Positions 18,221-27,101 of a stretch of 48,686 nt of DNA are shown one piece after another. The translations under genes were made by a program, and so were the position numbers. Source of the stretch: a virus (Duplodnaviria; Caudoviricetes); IMG/VR virus record IMGVR_UViG_3300044500_000142, positions 1-48,686 of that record, one strand, 5' to 3'. The number at the start of each line of letters is the position of its first letter. The first letter of the stretch is position 1. Under the pieces are notes generated by a model. That model was not told the origin of the DNA, did not search any database, and saw nothing but the letters and a program-made list of their open reading frames with translations.

Positions 18221-18787
18221 TCAAAGCTCCGGGGCAGGCGGCCCCCTCTTGACGCTGGAAACCGGCCCATGATTCGGGCCCGGGTCCGCGTATCGCACCG
18301 CTCGCCGGTTGCATCCTCCCGCCCTCCCCAGCGCCCTCGGCAGGACGTCCCCGGCCAGCACGAGCACCCTGCGCATCGAGAGCCCGCAGTCGTGCCCGTC
18401 CTCCGGCGACAAGTCGCAGAGGAACCCCGACCGCCATGCCCCACGCTCCGACTCCGGCCCAAGCCCTGCCGGCAGCGGCTCCACCCTCTGCAACGGCCAG
18501 ACACGTTCGCCCCCGGCAGCTTCCGCGAGAAGCTCCGCCGTCGGTTCCGCCCCTCCCCCAACCAGGCGGTACACACGTGCCCGCGGTCGCAGCCAAAGGT
18601 ACGCCCCCGGCCTCCTGAAGAGCTCCCGATCGGCCAACCGCCGCACGGCCCTCCGAACGAAGTCCGCCAACGTCTCCCCCGTCAGCGTCCGCGCGAGCAT
18701 TACCTGCGCATGGAGCTCCGCCGGCGCGTCTACGTCGATGCGCCACGGCGCCACGGATTCAGGCGAGCGGCGGAAGCGGTGGCCCAT
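18221..18787 (-). CDS. Putative ribbon-helix-helix DNA-binding regulator
   Basis: WRIDVDAP-AELHAQVMLARTLTG-ETLADFVRRAVRRL fits the RHH strand-helix-helix pattern; start site uncertain. Confidence 0.5.
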   Translation of the reverse strand: MGHRFRRSPESVAPWRIDVDAPAELHAQVMLARTLTGETLADFVRRAVRRLADRELFRRPGAYLWLRPRARVYRLVGGGAEPTAELLAEAAGGERVWPLQRVEPLPAGLGPESERGAWRSGFLCDLSPEDGHDCGLSMRRVLVLAGDVLPRALGRAGGCNRRAVRYADPGPNHGPVSSVKRGPPAPEL

Positions 18788-19250
18788 CGGCCGCGCCACT
18801 CTACCCGGTTCCCCTGTCGCCGGCGACGTGCGAAGCTCTCGTCCGCCCCTCTCCTCGCTTCCCTTCGCCTCCCTCCCGCCCACTCTCCCACGTGGACACA
18901 CACCCGGGTCACCCAACCACGGAGCGAGCCGACGCAACTTCAGGGGGCAGGCGGACGGTCGCAGCTCGGCGCGCACCGCGAGAATCACGGTTCTCGTCGG
19001 TCCCTCGCTCGCCGCGCGCTCCGAGGCCGCCGCACCGCCCATACCTCGGCGGCCCCGCGCCGGGCCGCTGTCTAATCCGGGTAGTCGTGAAGCTGTTGGG
19101 CTGATTGGTTACGGGGGATTTTCTGCGGGGGGTGGTGGGGCGTGGGAGGGGTGCGGGTGCAGGTGGCCGCACGTGCCGCGGTTCCGTCTCGGGGACTCGT
19201 CGGAGCCGTGGCGCGTGCTCGGCTACCTTGGGCTCGAGAGAGGGTTGAAA

Positions 19251-19279
19251 CCCATAGCAATGGGAAATGGAAACGTCAA
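19251..19279 (-). promoter_or_regulatory. Second leftward promoter candidate
   Basis: Minus strand TTGACG-17 nt-TATGGG with the same TGCTATGG core as the 18093 promoter; overlapped by the CCCAT-AGCA-ATGGG inverted repeat. Confidence 0.45.
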
Positions 19280-19403
19280 GCCTCTGCCTAAAACACGGGG
19301 GGTCCCGTGCTGGACATACAACCTGTAGTGGTGGCGAGGAGGGTGGGAGGAGGGGTAGGATTCGGTGAATCGGCAGCGAAGTGCTGCTGAAGGAGGACGA
19401 CGC

Positions 19404-19811
19404 ATGACGTTTCCGAAGCCTAGTGAGGATGCTGTTACAAATGAGGGAGGCGGGGCTCCTGCTGTTGGAGGGGGTGGACCGGGGGTGTCACCTACTACGG
19501 GTAGTGGATCGGGAGGAAAAGAGGCCCGGGGGGCACAACGGGTAGGGGTAGGGAGGGTGCTGCATGTGCGGATCGGGGGGACGGATGGGGAGCCTGTGCT
19601 GCGGCCTGCGACGGTGGTGCGAGTGAACGACGAGGGGAACGTGAACGTCTGCCTGATGGTGGACGGGGAGCACGATCGGGCGTTCCTTGAGGCTCTTGGG
19701 TGGCAGCCGACGGTGGAGCAGTTCCCGTGGGCGGTTCTGCCTGTGATCTGGCGGACGTCGGTGATGAGGGGGAGCGGGGTGGGGATGTGGCGCTGGCCGG
19801 AGCGGCAGTAG
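19404..19811 (+). CDS. Small phage hypothetical protein
   Basis: AGGAGG RBS; VGRVLHV...PATVVRV...VNVCL...TSV...G.WRWPER pattern recurrent in phage proteins. Confidence 0.7.
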   Translation: MTFPKPSEDAVTNEGGGAPAVGGGGPGVSPTTGSGSGGKEARGAQRVGVGRVLHVRIGGTDGEPVLRPATVVRVNDEGNVNVCLMVDGEHDRAFLEALGWQPTVEQFPWAVLPVIWRTSVMRGSGVGMWRWPERQ

Positions 19812-19821
19812 ACTCCCGGCC

Positions 19822-20055
19822 ATGCACCCCACGCTCGAGAGGCTCGTGTCGTCGCTTCGGGTGAGGCCCGATGGGCTGACGATCAACGAGGGCGGGTTCG
19901 GCGCGACGTTCAGCGCCGTGCCCGCCGAGAACGGGCGGCTGCTCGTGCGCGCGTGGCTGCCGTCAGCGGCGGTGGTCAGGCACGACGATCTTGGGGGGGT
20001 GTCGATCGAGTGCCTGTTCGGGCCGGACGGGAAGGCGGAGCGGCCGCCGGCCTAG
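19822..20055 (+). CDS. Hypothetical protein (77 aa), possibly leaderless
   Basis: ATG 7 nt after TAGACT, with no SD sequence. Confidence 0.55.
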   Translation: MHPTLERLVSSLRVRPDGLTINEGGFGATFSAVPAENGRLLVRAWLPSAAVVRHDDLGGVSIECLFGPDGKAERPPA

Positions 20056-20311
20056 GGCTCCTGCTGGTTGAGGCCGTGCCACACGACGCGGGCGCGCGGG
20101 TCGCCGCAGCTCGCGAGCCGCTCGGCCAGCCTGCCAAGCGCGCGCCGGCAGCCAATGCATGGGCGGAAGGTGGCAAGATCGCGCCGTTGCACGATGAATG
20201 CGATCTCGAGCACGCGCCCGCAGAGGGTCTTCGCCGAGCCGCTCCGCCCCGGGATCTCGTGGGCGTACAGATGCGCGCGGCGGCCGAAGTGTACGAGGGG
20301 GAAGGCCGGGA

Positions 20312-20665
20312 TCAGGGCGGGGCTCCCTTGAATCGGTGGCGGCCGCAGGCATCGGGCTTCGCGCGGCAGCGGCCGCGCCCGAGCTGCGTCGGCCAGTTGC
20401 AGAGTCCCTCGACCTTCGGGGCGATCTCGTCCATCGACCGCGGCACGGCGCCGAAGCGGTCTCGCTGCTTGCGGTGAGCGGGGCAGAGCCGGTCGATCCC
20501 AGCCCGCACGACGCACCCGCGGACGCGGCAGGCGTTGAGCGGCCGTCCCTTCAGAGCGTCCGCGGCGTGCTCGGCCTCGGTCTTCGGAGCGCCGAACCCG
20601 TCGTCGCCGCTGACGCGCTGCGCCTCTGCGCGCTCTCGGGAGCCCATCGGACGGCGGGCGGTCAC
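20312..20665 (-). CDS. Cys/His-rich hypothetical protein
   Basis: GTGA-coupled; CRVRGC...LCPAH and C...C...CGRH motifs. Confidence 0.5.
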   Translation of the reverse strand: MTARRPMGSRERAEAQRVSGDDGFGAPKTEAEHAADALKGRPLNACRVRGCVVRAGIDRLCPAHRKQRDRFGAVPRSMDEIAPKVEGLCNWPTQLGRGRCRAKPDACGRHRFKGAPP

Positions 20666-20904
20666 GGCCGGTCCTCGCCGAGCTGCGAGCCTGGGCGACC
20701 TTCGTCGATCTGCTTCCTCGAGAGCCGCACGAGCCAGTCGGCGAGGCCGACGCACGAGCTCGCGTCGCCGGTGATGAAGTAGCCGTGCTGCGCGCGCTGC
20801 GGGCCGATGCGCGCGGTGCCGGCGAAGACCGCGGAGTCGAAGCGCTCGAAGAGCGCGCCCACGAGGTCCTTCGTCTCGACGAGGGAGAGTTCTTCGGGCG
20901 TCAC
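20662..20904 (-). CDS. Hypothetical protein (80 aa)
   Basis: GTGA-coupled; LSLVETKDLVGALFERFD. Confidence 0.6.
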   Translation of the reverse strand: MTPEELSLVETKDLVGALFERFDSAVFAGTARIGPQRAQHGYFITGDASSCVGLADWLVRLSRKQIDEGRPGSQLGEDRP

Positions 20905-22379
20905 GGCTTCGCATCCAGGAGCGTCGGGATCTCGACGGCCGCCAGATCGCGAGCGCTCATCGCGACGTAGGCCGGGTTCAATTCAATGCCCACGTACCGA
21001 CAGCCGAGTTTGAGCGCAACAACGCCCGCGCGCGCGGATCCCGAGAACGGGTCGAGCACGAGGCCGCCGTGCGGGCAGCCGGCGAGGATGCAGAGGCGGG
21101 CGAGCTGCTCGGGGAACGTCGCGAAATGCGCGCCGCGGTACGCCTGCGTGGCGATCGTCCAGACGGAGCGGCGGTTGCGCCCGTCGGGGCTGAAGGCCGG
21201 CGCTTCTCGAGAGGCCCACTCCTGCTCCACGAGCGGCGGCCGCCGGACGTCGTAGCGGCCCGCGGCCTCCGCCGCATCGTAGCGCGCGTTCATCCCGGCC
21301 ATGCGTCGCTGCGTCGCGCCCGAGCTCGCAGAGGCCGACTCGTCCTGCTTTCGCTCGCGCGGGACGCGATCGACGCGCTGGTGCGAGTAGCGCCCTTCCG
21401 TTCCGTGGTGGTTTCCGTCGCTCGTGTCCCATCCGAAGGGGACGCGTTTCGAGCTGCGGTGGAGCCCGGTCTGCGGCCTCGTGTCGGGCACCGCGCTCTC
21501 GACGGGCCCCGTCACGTTGCGGTGGTGCGACCCGAGCCCGTGGTTGTAGGTGTAGGGCTCGCGGATCGCGTCGGCGTCGTAGAAGTAGTCGAAGCCGCGC
21601 CAGAGGTTGAAGCGGCGGAACCGCCGGATCCGGCGGCCGCTGTCGGCGACGAATGCCTCCTCGTGCCACGCCGCTGGCTCGTCCACGACCTCGCAGAGCT
21701 CTCGCCGATCCCACCATCGCCACTCCGCCGGCGGGCGCTTCCAGACCCAGACCCGGGTCTCGCGGTGGCGCCAGAGGAGCGTCCGCCCGCTCTTCGCGAA
21801 GTGGAACACGTATTCGTGGGAGTTCGTGCAGCGGTCGAGGATCGACTCCGGCATCGGGTTCGGCTTCGCCCAGACGACGTCGCGGCGCAGCCACCATCCG
21901 TCCTCTTGCAGCGCGAACGCGAGACGCCACGGCATCCCGACGAGGTCCTTCGCCTTCAGAGCGCCGAGCCTGTTGCGCCGGTTCGGCCCCGGCACTCCCG
22001 CGCTCGCCGCGTGCCCCTTGTTCCACGACGCGCCGCGGCGATCCGCCTCCTTGTCGATCGGCGCGCCGAGGCTCGCTGCGCCCTCGAGCGTTGACGTCTC
22101 GCGCGACGCCGTGCCGCAGCGGTCGGCGATGTAGCAGTCCCCCATGTTCACCCAGAGCGTCCCGGTCCTCTTCAGCACCCGCCACACTTCCGCGAAGACC
22201 TCGCGCATCCTCACGAGGTAGGCGTCCGGCGTCGCCTCGAGGCCGATCTGCCCGGAGACCCCGTAGTTTCGCAGGCCCCAATAGGGCGGGCTCGTCACGA
22301 CGCAGTCGGCGTGCTCGGCCGGCAGCGTGCGCAGCACGTCGAGCGCGTTGCCGGTGAGAACCTGCCAGCGGTCCGTCAC
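20901..22379 (-). CDS. DNA N4-cytosine/N6-adenine methyltransferase (beta class)
   Basis: N-terminal VTSPPY motif IV, WAKPNPMPES, HFATFPEQL, C-terminal VLDPFSGS...YVGIELNPAY motif I; GTG start at 22379. Confidence 0.92.
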   Translation of the reverse strand: MTDRWQVLTGNALDVLRTLPAEHADCVVTSPPYWGLRNYGVSGQIGLEATPDAYLVRMREVFAEVWRVLKRTGTLWVNMGDCYIADRCGTASRETSTLEGAASLGAPIDKEADRRGASWNKGHAASAGVPGPNRRNRLGALKAKDLVGMPWRLAFALQEDGWWLRRDVVWAKPNPMPESILDRCTNSHEYVFHFAKSGRTLLWRHRETRVWVWKRPPAEWRWWDRRELCEVVDEPAAWHEEAFVADSGRRIRRFRRFNLWRGFDYFYDADAIREPYTYNHGLGSHHRNVTGPVESAVPDTRPQTGLHRSSKRVPFGWDTSDGNHHGTEGRYSHQRVDRVPRERKQDESASASSGATQRRMAGMNARYDAAEAAGRYDVRRPPLVEQEWASREAPAFSPDGRNRRSVWTIATQAYRGAHFATFPEQLARLCILAGCPHGGLVLDPFSGSARAGVVALKLGCRYVGIELNPAYVAMSARDLAAVEIPTLLDAKP

Positions 22380-23260
22380 GCGGGAAACTCCCTGACCCGC
22401 AGGTCCTCCGGCCACTCGTTCCAGTCGCCGCCGTGCGGGTCGCGCAGGTTGATCTCGACCGGGCTCCCGTCGCCGCTGCGCCCGTCGCACGGCCGCGCTC
22501 CGAGTTGCTTCGCGAACAGGGCGATCCGTTTGTGGCCGAGCGTGCCGCGCCCCTGCTTAAGGACGTGGCGCAGCCAGCGGATGTCGAACGGCCGCGCCTG
22601 CATCCCGCTCTCGCCGCCGACGATCACCCAATCCGGCGAGCGGTGGCCTCCCATCACGTGAATCTGCTCGGGCAGCCAGCCGAACATGTCCGAGTGCTCG
22701 ACCCCGAAGCAGCGGTCGCAGTTCACTCTCTCGAGCAACGGCTCAAGGGACAGGAAGAGTACCTTCGCCGGCACGCCCGAGAGGATCGGCCAGCGCAGGT
22801 CGAGCGTCGCCTGGTCCTCGGCGCTCGTCCCAAACCACGCGTTCGGGAGCGCGACGATCTCCTTCGGGCACTCGCGCAGGATGTTCTCGGGCCGCTTCGT
22901 GAGGAGCTGCCAGTCGAGCCACGGCGTCTGCTTGATCGTGGACCAGAGTCGCATCTGGGCCTGCACCTGCGCGATCTGCTCCTCGTCGGGGAAGCCCGCG
23001 AGATCCTCGAAGACGTCCGCCATCGAAGCGCAGAAGACGCGCCTGCGCACGCCCGCTGCCTGCGCGTGGCGATTCCACTTCAGGGGGTTGTTCCAGTAGG
23101 CCTCGCCGAAGTAGCGGCGCGGGACCTTGCCCCAGACGTCGTAGCCGTAGCGCTTCGAGTCGCGCTCGGCATAGCAGAATTTACAGCCCGGCGAGATTTT
23201 CGTGCAGCCCCACCACGGGTTGAACGTCGAATGCGTCCACTCGATCTTGGACTTCTTCAC
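22376..23260 (-). CDS. DUF5131 (phage Gp37/Gp68-type, radical-SAM-like) protein
   Basis: SKIEWTHSTFNPWWGCTKISPGCKFCYAE, VFCASMADVFE, LLTKRPEN, SLEPLL, WVIVGGESG. Confidence 0.92.
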   Translation of the reverse strand: MKKSKIEWTHSTFNPWWGCTKISPGCKFCYAERDSKRYGYDVWGKVPRRYFGEAYWNNPLKWNRHAQAAGVRRRVFCASMADVFEDLAGFPDEEQIAQVQAQMRLWSTIKQTPWLDWQLLTKRPENILRECPKEIVALPNAWFGTSAEDQATLDLRWPILSGVPAKVLFLSLEPLLERVNCDRCFGVEHSDMFGWLPEQIHVMGGHRSPDWVIVGGESGMQARPFDIRWLRHVLKQGRGTLGHKRIALFAKQLGARPCDGRSGDGSPVEINLRDPHGGDWNEWPEDLRVREFPA

Positions 23261-23430
23261 GAGACCGCCTTCCGCAGCGCGTTCCTGCTCACGACGTCGC
23301 GGCCGCCCGTCTGCCACTCGACGAGCGCGCTGTTCATCGGCAGCCGCAGCAGCACGCGGCAGCGGTGGCCCTTGCGGGCGCCGGCGAAGCGCGGCCCGCC
23401 CCACGCGAAGACGTAGACGGTGGGTTTCAT
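23257..23430 (-). CDS. Small phage protein (57 aa, SH3-like pattern)
   Basis: RKGHRCRVL...MNSALVEW..G...VVSRNALRK; coupled at both ends. Confidence 0.6.
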   Translation of the reverse strand: MKPTVYVFAWGGPRFAGARKGHRCRVLLRLPMNSALVEWQTGGRDVVSRNALRKAVS

Positions 23431-23858
23431 GCCGCGCTCCGAACACACAGCGGGCGAAGCGCCTGCTCGATGTGGAGCGGAAGCGCCCAGAGGCCCTGGT
23501 GCCCGTCGCAGTAGATCTGCGGAACGGCCTGGACGACGTCGGCGAGCTGCCAGCACCACGGGCCGAACGACCACGGGTCGCTGCCGTCGAGGTCCTCGAC
23601 GGGCACGGCCTGCACGACTCGCGCGACGCCGAGGATGTAGGACTTCAGGTTGAAGTAGCGCGGCGGCAGCTGCGGCCAGAGCTTGCCGATGAACTTCGCG
23701 CCGTCCTCGTCCCACGTCTTGCCCGCGTGCAGGGCGAGCCAGAGCTCCTGGTCGAGCATCCGCAGCGACGGGTGCCACGGACGGTTCTCGACGCGCTTCG
23801 GTCCGAGGACGATCGACGTCGCCCACGGCTGCCAGAGGGTGAGGCCTCGCAGGATCAC
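23427..23858 (-). CDS. ASCH-domain protein
   Basis: GLTLWQPWATSIVLGPKRVENRPW, LALHAGK, FGPWCWQL, GHQGLW. Confidence 0.88.
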   Translation of the reverse strand: MILRGLTLWQPWATSIVLGPKRVENRPWHPSLRMLDQELWLALHAGKTWDEDGAKFIGKLWPQLPPRYFNLKSYILGVARVVQAVPVEDLDGSDPWSFGPWCWQLADVVQAVPQIYCDGHQGLWALPLHIEQALRPLCVRSAA

Positions 23859-23957
23859 TCGTCGTACCTTTCGTCGTCGCGCTCGGGCGAGCGGATGCAA
23901 CGGGGGCAGCCGCGGCAGACGCCGGGCTCCGGCTGGCACATCGGGGTTGTGTCCACG

Positions 23958-24179
23958 TCAGTCTCCCGGCCCAATGTCGCGCACGAACGGATCCTCGGGT
24001 TGGTTCCAGTAGGACGCGCGCGGGAAGAGCACCACGAGCGCGAAGCAGACCAGGTGAACGGTCAGCGCGACATGCTCGTCGCTGTGCTCTACCTCGAGTC
24101 CGAGCGAGAGCGCGGTGCCGACGTGGAAGTGCCATTCGAGATCCCCGTCGAGCCCAAAGGAAAAGAGTTGCCACCACAT
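23958..24179 (-). CDS. Small hydrophobic hypothetical protein
   Basis: GAGGAGG RBS, MWWQLFSFG..., TGATG coupling. Confidence 0.45.
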   Translation of the reverse strand: MWWQLFSFGLDGDLEWHFHVGTALSLGLEVEHSDEHVALTVHLVCFALVVLFPRASYWNQPEDPFVRDIGPGD

Positions 24180-24463
24180 CACGCCCTCCTCGGCCGCTCG
24201 CGCGACCTGCTCGTCCGAACCGCTGCGCGCCAGCGACGGCCGAAGCGCGCGTTGAGAGCCAGAGCCGCCGCGCGTGCCTCGCGCGCGCAGTCGCGGCAAC
24301 CCCATCGGTGCTGCTCGGCCTCGTACCAGCGCCGCAGCGTCGCCGCGCACTCCGCGTCGCTCGGCTCCGAGAATTCAAAGGTCGAGCTCGTGCAGAAGTC
24401 CTCAAAGGTCCCGCCGGCGGCACCCGGCTTTCGCCCGAGGATCCTGTCGAGCTCGACGCACAT
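24179..24463 (-). CDS. Hypothetical protein (94 aa)
   Basis: TGATG-coupled; CRDC motif. Confidence 0.45.
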   Translation of the reverse strand: MCVELDRILGRKPGAAGGTFEDFCTSSTFEFSEPSDAECAATLRRWYEAEQHRWGCRDCAREARAAALALNARFGRRWRAAVRTSRSRERPRRA

Positions 24464-24669
24464 CAGGGGATCTCGACCGCGCCGGGGTTCTCGACCTTGC
24501 CATCGAGGTACGAGAGCACGGCCTGCACGAGAGCCTTGCTCCCGCGCTTGGCCCCGTCGTTCGTGGTGTACGCCTCCGACTGCGCGACGATCTCCCCGTT
24601 CGCGCTCTTCACGTGGAACCGCCACGAACCCGCTTCGTCCTGGATGATTTCGATGTTCCCGCGTCGCAT
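24463..24669 (-). CDS. YegP/DUF1508-family protein
   Basis: IEIIQDEAGSWRFHVKSANGEIVAQSEAYTT..GAKRG. Confidence 0.85.
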   Translation of the reverse strand: MRRGNIEIIQDEAGSWRFHVKSANGEIVAQSEAYTTNDGAKRGSKALVQAVLSYLDGKVENPGAVEIP

Positions 24670-24974
24670 GGCTTGCCCTCGGGCCCGAGGATCTTGCTCG
24701 TCGGCGGTGCCTCGGGCGGCTCCTCGTCGGCGCCGGCGAGGCGGACCATGAGCTCGCCGGTCTCTGGGTCGGTCCACCGCTCGAGGGAGCACCCGCGGTC
24801 CGCAAGCGCGGCCGCGACCTCGGCGTGGGTAATTGTTGTAATCCGCCGCGGCAGCCGTCGCAGTAGGCAGGCGAGAAGCAGCCGCAGCGCGACGAGGTCC
24901 TGCGCGGCCTCGTGGATGTCGAGCGCCATCGCGACGCGCTCGAGCTCTTCCGGCTTCAGTCGCTTGCCGCCCAT
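24609..24974 (-). CDS. Hypothetical protein, first gene of the leftward middle operon
   Basis: ATG at 24974. The ORF-track TTG start at 25106 coincides with a -35 box. Confidence 0.55.
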   Translation of the reverse strand: MGGKRLKPEELERVAMALDIHEAAQDLVALRLLLACLLRRLPRRITTITHAEVAAALADRGCSLERWTDPETGELMVRLAGADEEPPEAPPTSKILGPEGKPCDAGTSKSSRTKRVRGGST

Positions 24975-25077
24975 GCGCCCCCACGTTGATCGTCTTCGGG
25001 CCGCCTCCTGGTCCGCGCCGCGCGGGGGCGGGCTGCGTTGATGGCGCGGCCGCTCGGCGGCCCGAATGACGGCGCGG

Positions 25078-25143
25078 AACCTACCTGCCGTTTCGGCGAG
25101 CGTCAAGAGCCCTCTTGACTACCTCGCTCGGCGGGCGTAGAAA
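25078..25143. promoter_or_regulatory. Back-to-back divergent sigma70 promoters whose -35 boxes form an inverted repeat
   Basis: Leftward TTGACG-17-TAGGTT and rightward TTGACT-17-TAGAAA; GTCAAGAG-CC-CTCTTGAC perfect inverted repeat at 25102-25119, exactly at the strand switch. Confidence 0.75.
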
Positions 25144-25220
25144 CCGCGCCGTCGTAAGAGTCCGCGCGCAGGTAGAGACCGGAGTCGGGTGCGTGCCTGG
25201 TCGAGACTTCCCCCCTCGCG

Positions 25221-26246
25221 ATGGCCCCTCGGCTCCGGCCTCCTCCTGCGCGCGCTTGTTTCGGGGGCGCGGTGCCGATCACCTGGCCGGAAGAAGTATG
25301 GTCCTGGCCCGAGATCCGACGAACCGCCGCAGCGCTTGGGGAGGTAGGGGTGCCCGCCGCAGTCGCTTCCGAGCTCGCCGTCTCCGCAGCGCACCGGCTC
25401 CTTTGCTGGACCGTGCGCGCGGGAACCGACGGGGACGTGTCGGACGTGGACGATGCGGAGTTCGCGCGCGTCGCGTGGCCGGGGCACGAGCACTCTGCGC
25501 GCTTTCGCGACCCCGCTGTCGCCGGCGGCACGCTGCGCGCCGTGCTTCAGGAAGGCGGGGTGATCGTGGGAGACCTGTTGAGAACCCGTTTGAATGACCG
25601 CGTGATTGAGTGTGGAAAGTCAGTTGAAAGGTCGGCGGATGTCCTCTCGGGAGGTCACCTAAAGAAGGGTTTTCCCCCCACACCCCCCAATCCTAAGAAA
25701 GTCCTTGATCTTCAAGGGGATCAATCTTCTGAGCAGAAGAAGACCCAGAAGGTTACTGAGATCCTGGGGGACGAGATCGTGCCGTTCGTGGCGATCATCG
25801 AGATTTGGAACGAGACCGCGGCGGCGCACGGCCTACCATTGGTTGCGCGGCTGACGCCTGATCGGCGCCGGTTGCTCATCCCCTGGTACCGAGAGTGCGG
25901 CTCGCTTCCGGTCGCGCGCGCCGCGATGGAGGCTGCCGCTAGGGCGTACGGGTCGATGGAGACCGGCACGCGCTACGGGTTGTGGTCGCTCGTGCGGCCT
26001 GCGAACCGGCAGAAGTGGATCTCGCTCGGGGAGAGCGCTCCGCCGTCGGAGGGCCTGTTCCCGATCCGAGACCGCGCACGCGCCCACCAGCAGGCCGAGG
26101 ACGTGATCGAGGCCCTGTGGGCGGATCAGAAGAAACCGCTCCCGACTGGCTACGACGGGCCGGATCCGCGCGAGGGCGACGCGGGCCCGGCGACCGAGTC
26201 GCTGCGGGCGTGGCTGTTGAAGGGCTTCGCCGGAGGAAACCTGTGA
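25221..26246 (+). CDS. Putative replication initiator / replisome organiser
   Basis: First gene after the divergent promoter. N-terminal helical domain, low-GC linker (KKGFPPTPPNPKK), C-terminal IIEIWNE...GLP.V.RLT.DRRR pattern typical of phage initiators. Start uncertain. Confidence 0.55.
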   Translation: MAPRLRPPPARACFGGAVPITWPEEVWSWPEIRRTAAALGEVGVPAAVASELAVSAAHRLLCWTVRAGTDGDVSDVDDAEFARVAWPGHEHSARFRDPAVAGGTLRAVLQEGGVIVGDLLRTRLNDRVIECGKSVERSADVLSGGHLKKGFPPTPPNPKKVLDLQGDQSSEQKKTQKVTEILGDEIVPFVAIIEIWNETAAAHGLPLVARLTPDRRRLLIPWYRECGSLPVARAAMEAAARAYGSMETGTRYGLWSLVRPANRQKWISLGESAPPSEGLFPIRDRARAHQQAEDVIEALWADQKKPLPTGYDGPDPREGDAGPATESLRAWLLKGFAGGNL

Positions 26247-26944
26247 GCTACGACACCCCGTTACGCGAGATCGTGCGCGCGCAGGTGGTCTTCCTCTTCG
26301 GGAAGTTCCGCCCGGTGAAGGGCCTCTCTGAGGAGGAGATCAAGGGCATCGCCGCCGAGCGCACCGAGTTCGGCACGCAGCTTCTCGACTTGCTGCGGCC
26401 GATCGCGATGCGGTCCACGGAGCGCGAGGTCGCGCAGCACCTTCGGGCGGTCACGCGCGAGTTCGTGGCCGAGCCGATGTCGCAGCGCGCACCGGATCCG
26501 CAGGCCGTCGCCGGCCGGGTCGCGCAGCGCATCGGGAAGCGCCGTGGGCCGAAGCCGTGCCTCGCCTGCGAGGAGTTGAAGAGCGCGCCGGGAGTGTGGC
26601 TGACGAGCGAGCGCCGGCCGCGGCAGGAGGGCGAGGCTGGCTTCGAGATCCGCCCGGACGAGTGGCTGTGTGCGACCCACGGCCCGATCCTCGTTTGGTA
26701 CACGGAGAGGAACCGCTGGTGGGAGGCCGGCCGTCTCTTCACGTCGTACCCGGCCCCGTCGGCGCTGATCCCCGGCGAGCTCTACGGGCAGCAGAACGTC
26801 GCCGCGACCGTGGAGTTCACGGACGGCGATCGGATGGGGATGGACGCAGTCTGGGCCCGGGAATACGCAGCGAAGGTGCTCCGTCGTCCGCTCATGCTCA
26901 ACGTGCTCGAGGCGGCGCCGACGCAACAGGACCTCCCGCTCTGA
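26243..26944 (+). CDS. Hypothetical replication-associated protein
   Basis: GGAGG RBS, GTGA coupling to the initiator; CLAC...CATH possible zinc site. Confidence 0.6.
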   Translation: MSYDTPLREIVRAQVVFLFGKFRPVKGLSEEEIKGIAAERTEFGTQLLDLLRPIAMRSTEREVAQHLRAVTREFVAEPMSQRAPDPQAVAGRVAQRIGKRRGPKPCLACEELKSAPGVWLTSERRPRQEGEAGFEIRPDEWLCATHGPILVWYTERNRWWEAGRLFTSYPAPSALIPGELYGQQNVAATVEFTDGDRMGMDAVWAREYAAKVLRRPLMLNVLEAAPTQQDLPL

Positions 26945-27101
26945 CGCGTTCGCGTGGTAGACCATGGGGGCCCTACGGAGAGTGCCCATGCGTCGCCGAA
27001 CCCCCGCCCGTAGTACCCTCCCCCCGTTCACGAGAGACATCGAGGTAGGGGAGCCGCGGGACTCCGAGGGCGCGGAGCGCAAGCCCAAGCGCGGGTTCCC
27101 G

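Noticed and set aside
18016-19403. tRNA or known structured ncRNA in the control region
   Set aside because: Only short hairpins were seen (e.g. 18059-18081); no cloverleaf or recognisable family. A covariance-model search would be needed.
24975-25106. TTG start at 25106 extending the leftward ORF
   Set aside because: That TTG is the -35 box of the leftward promoter.
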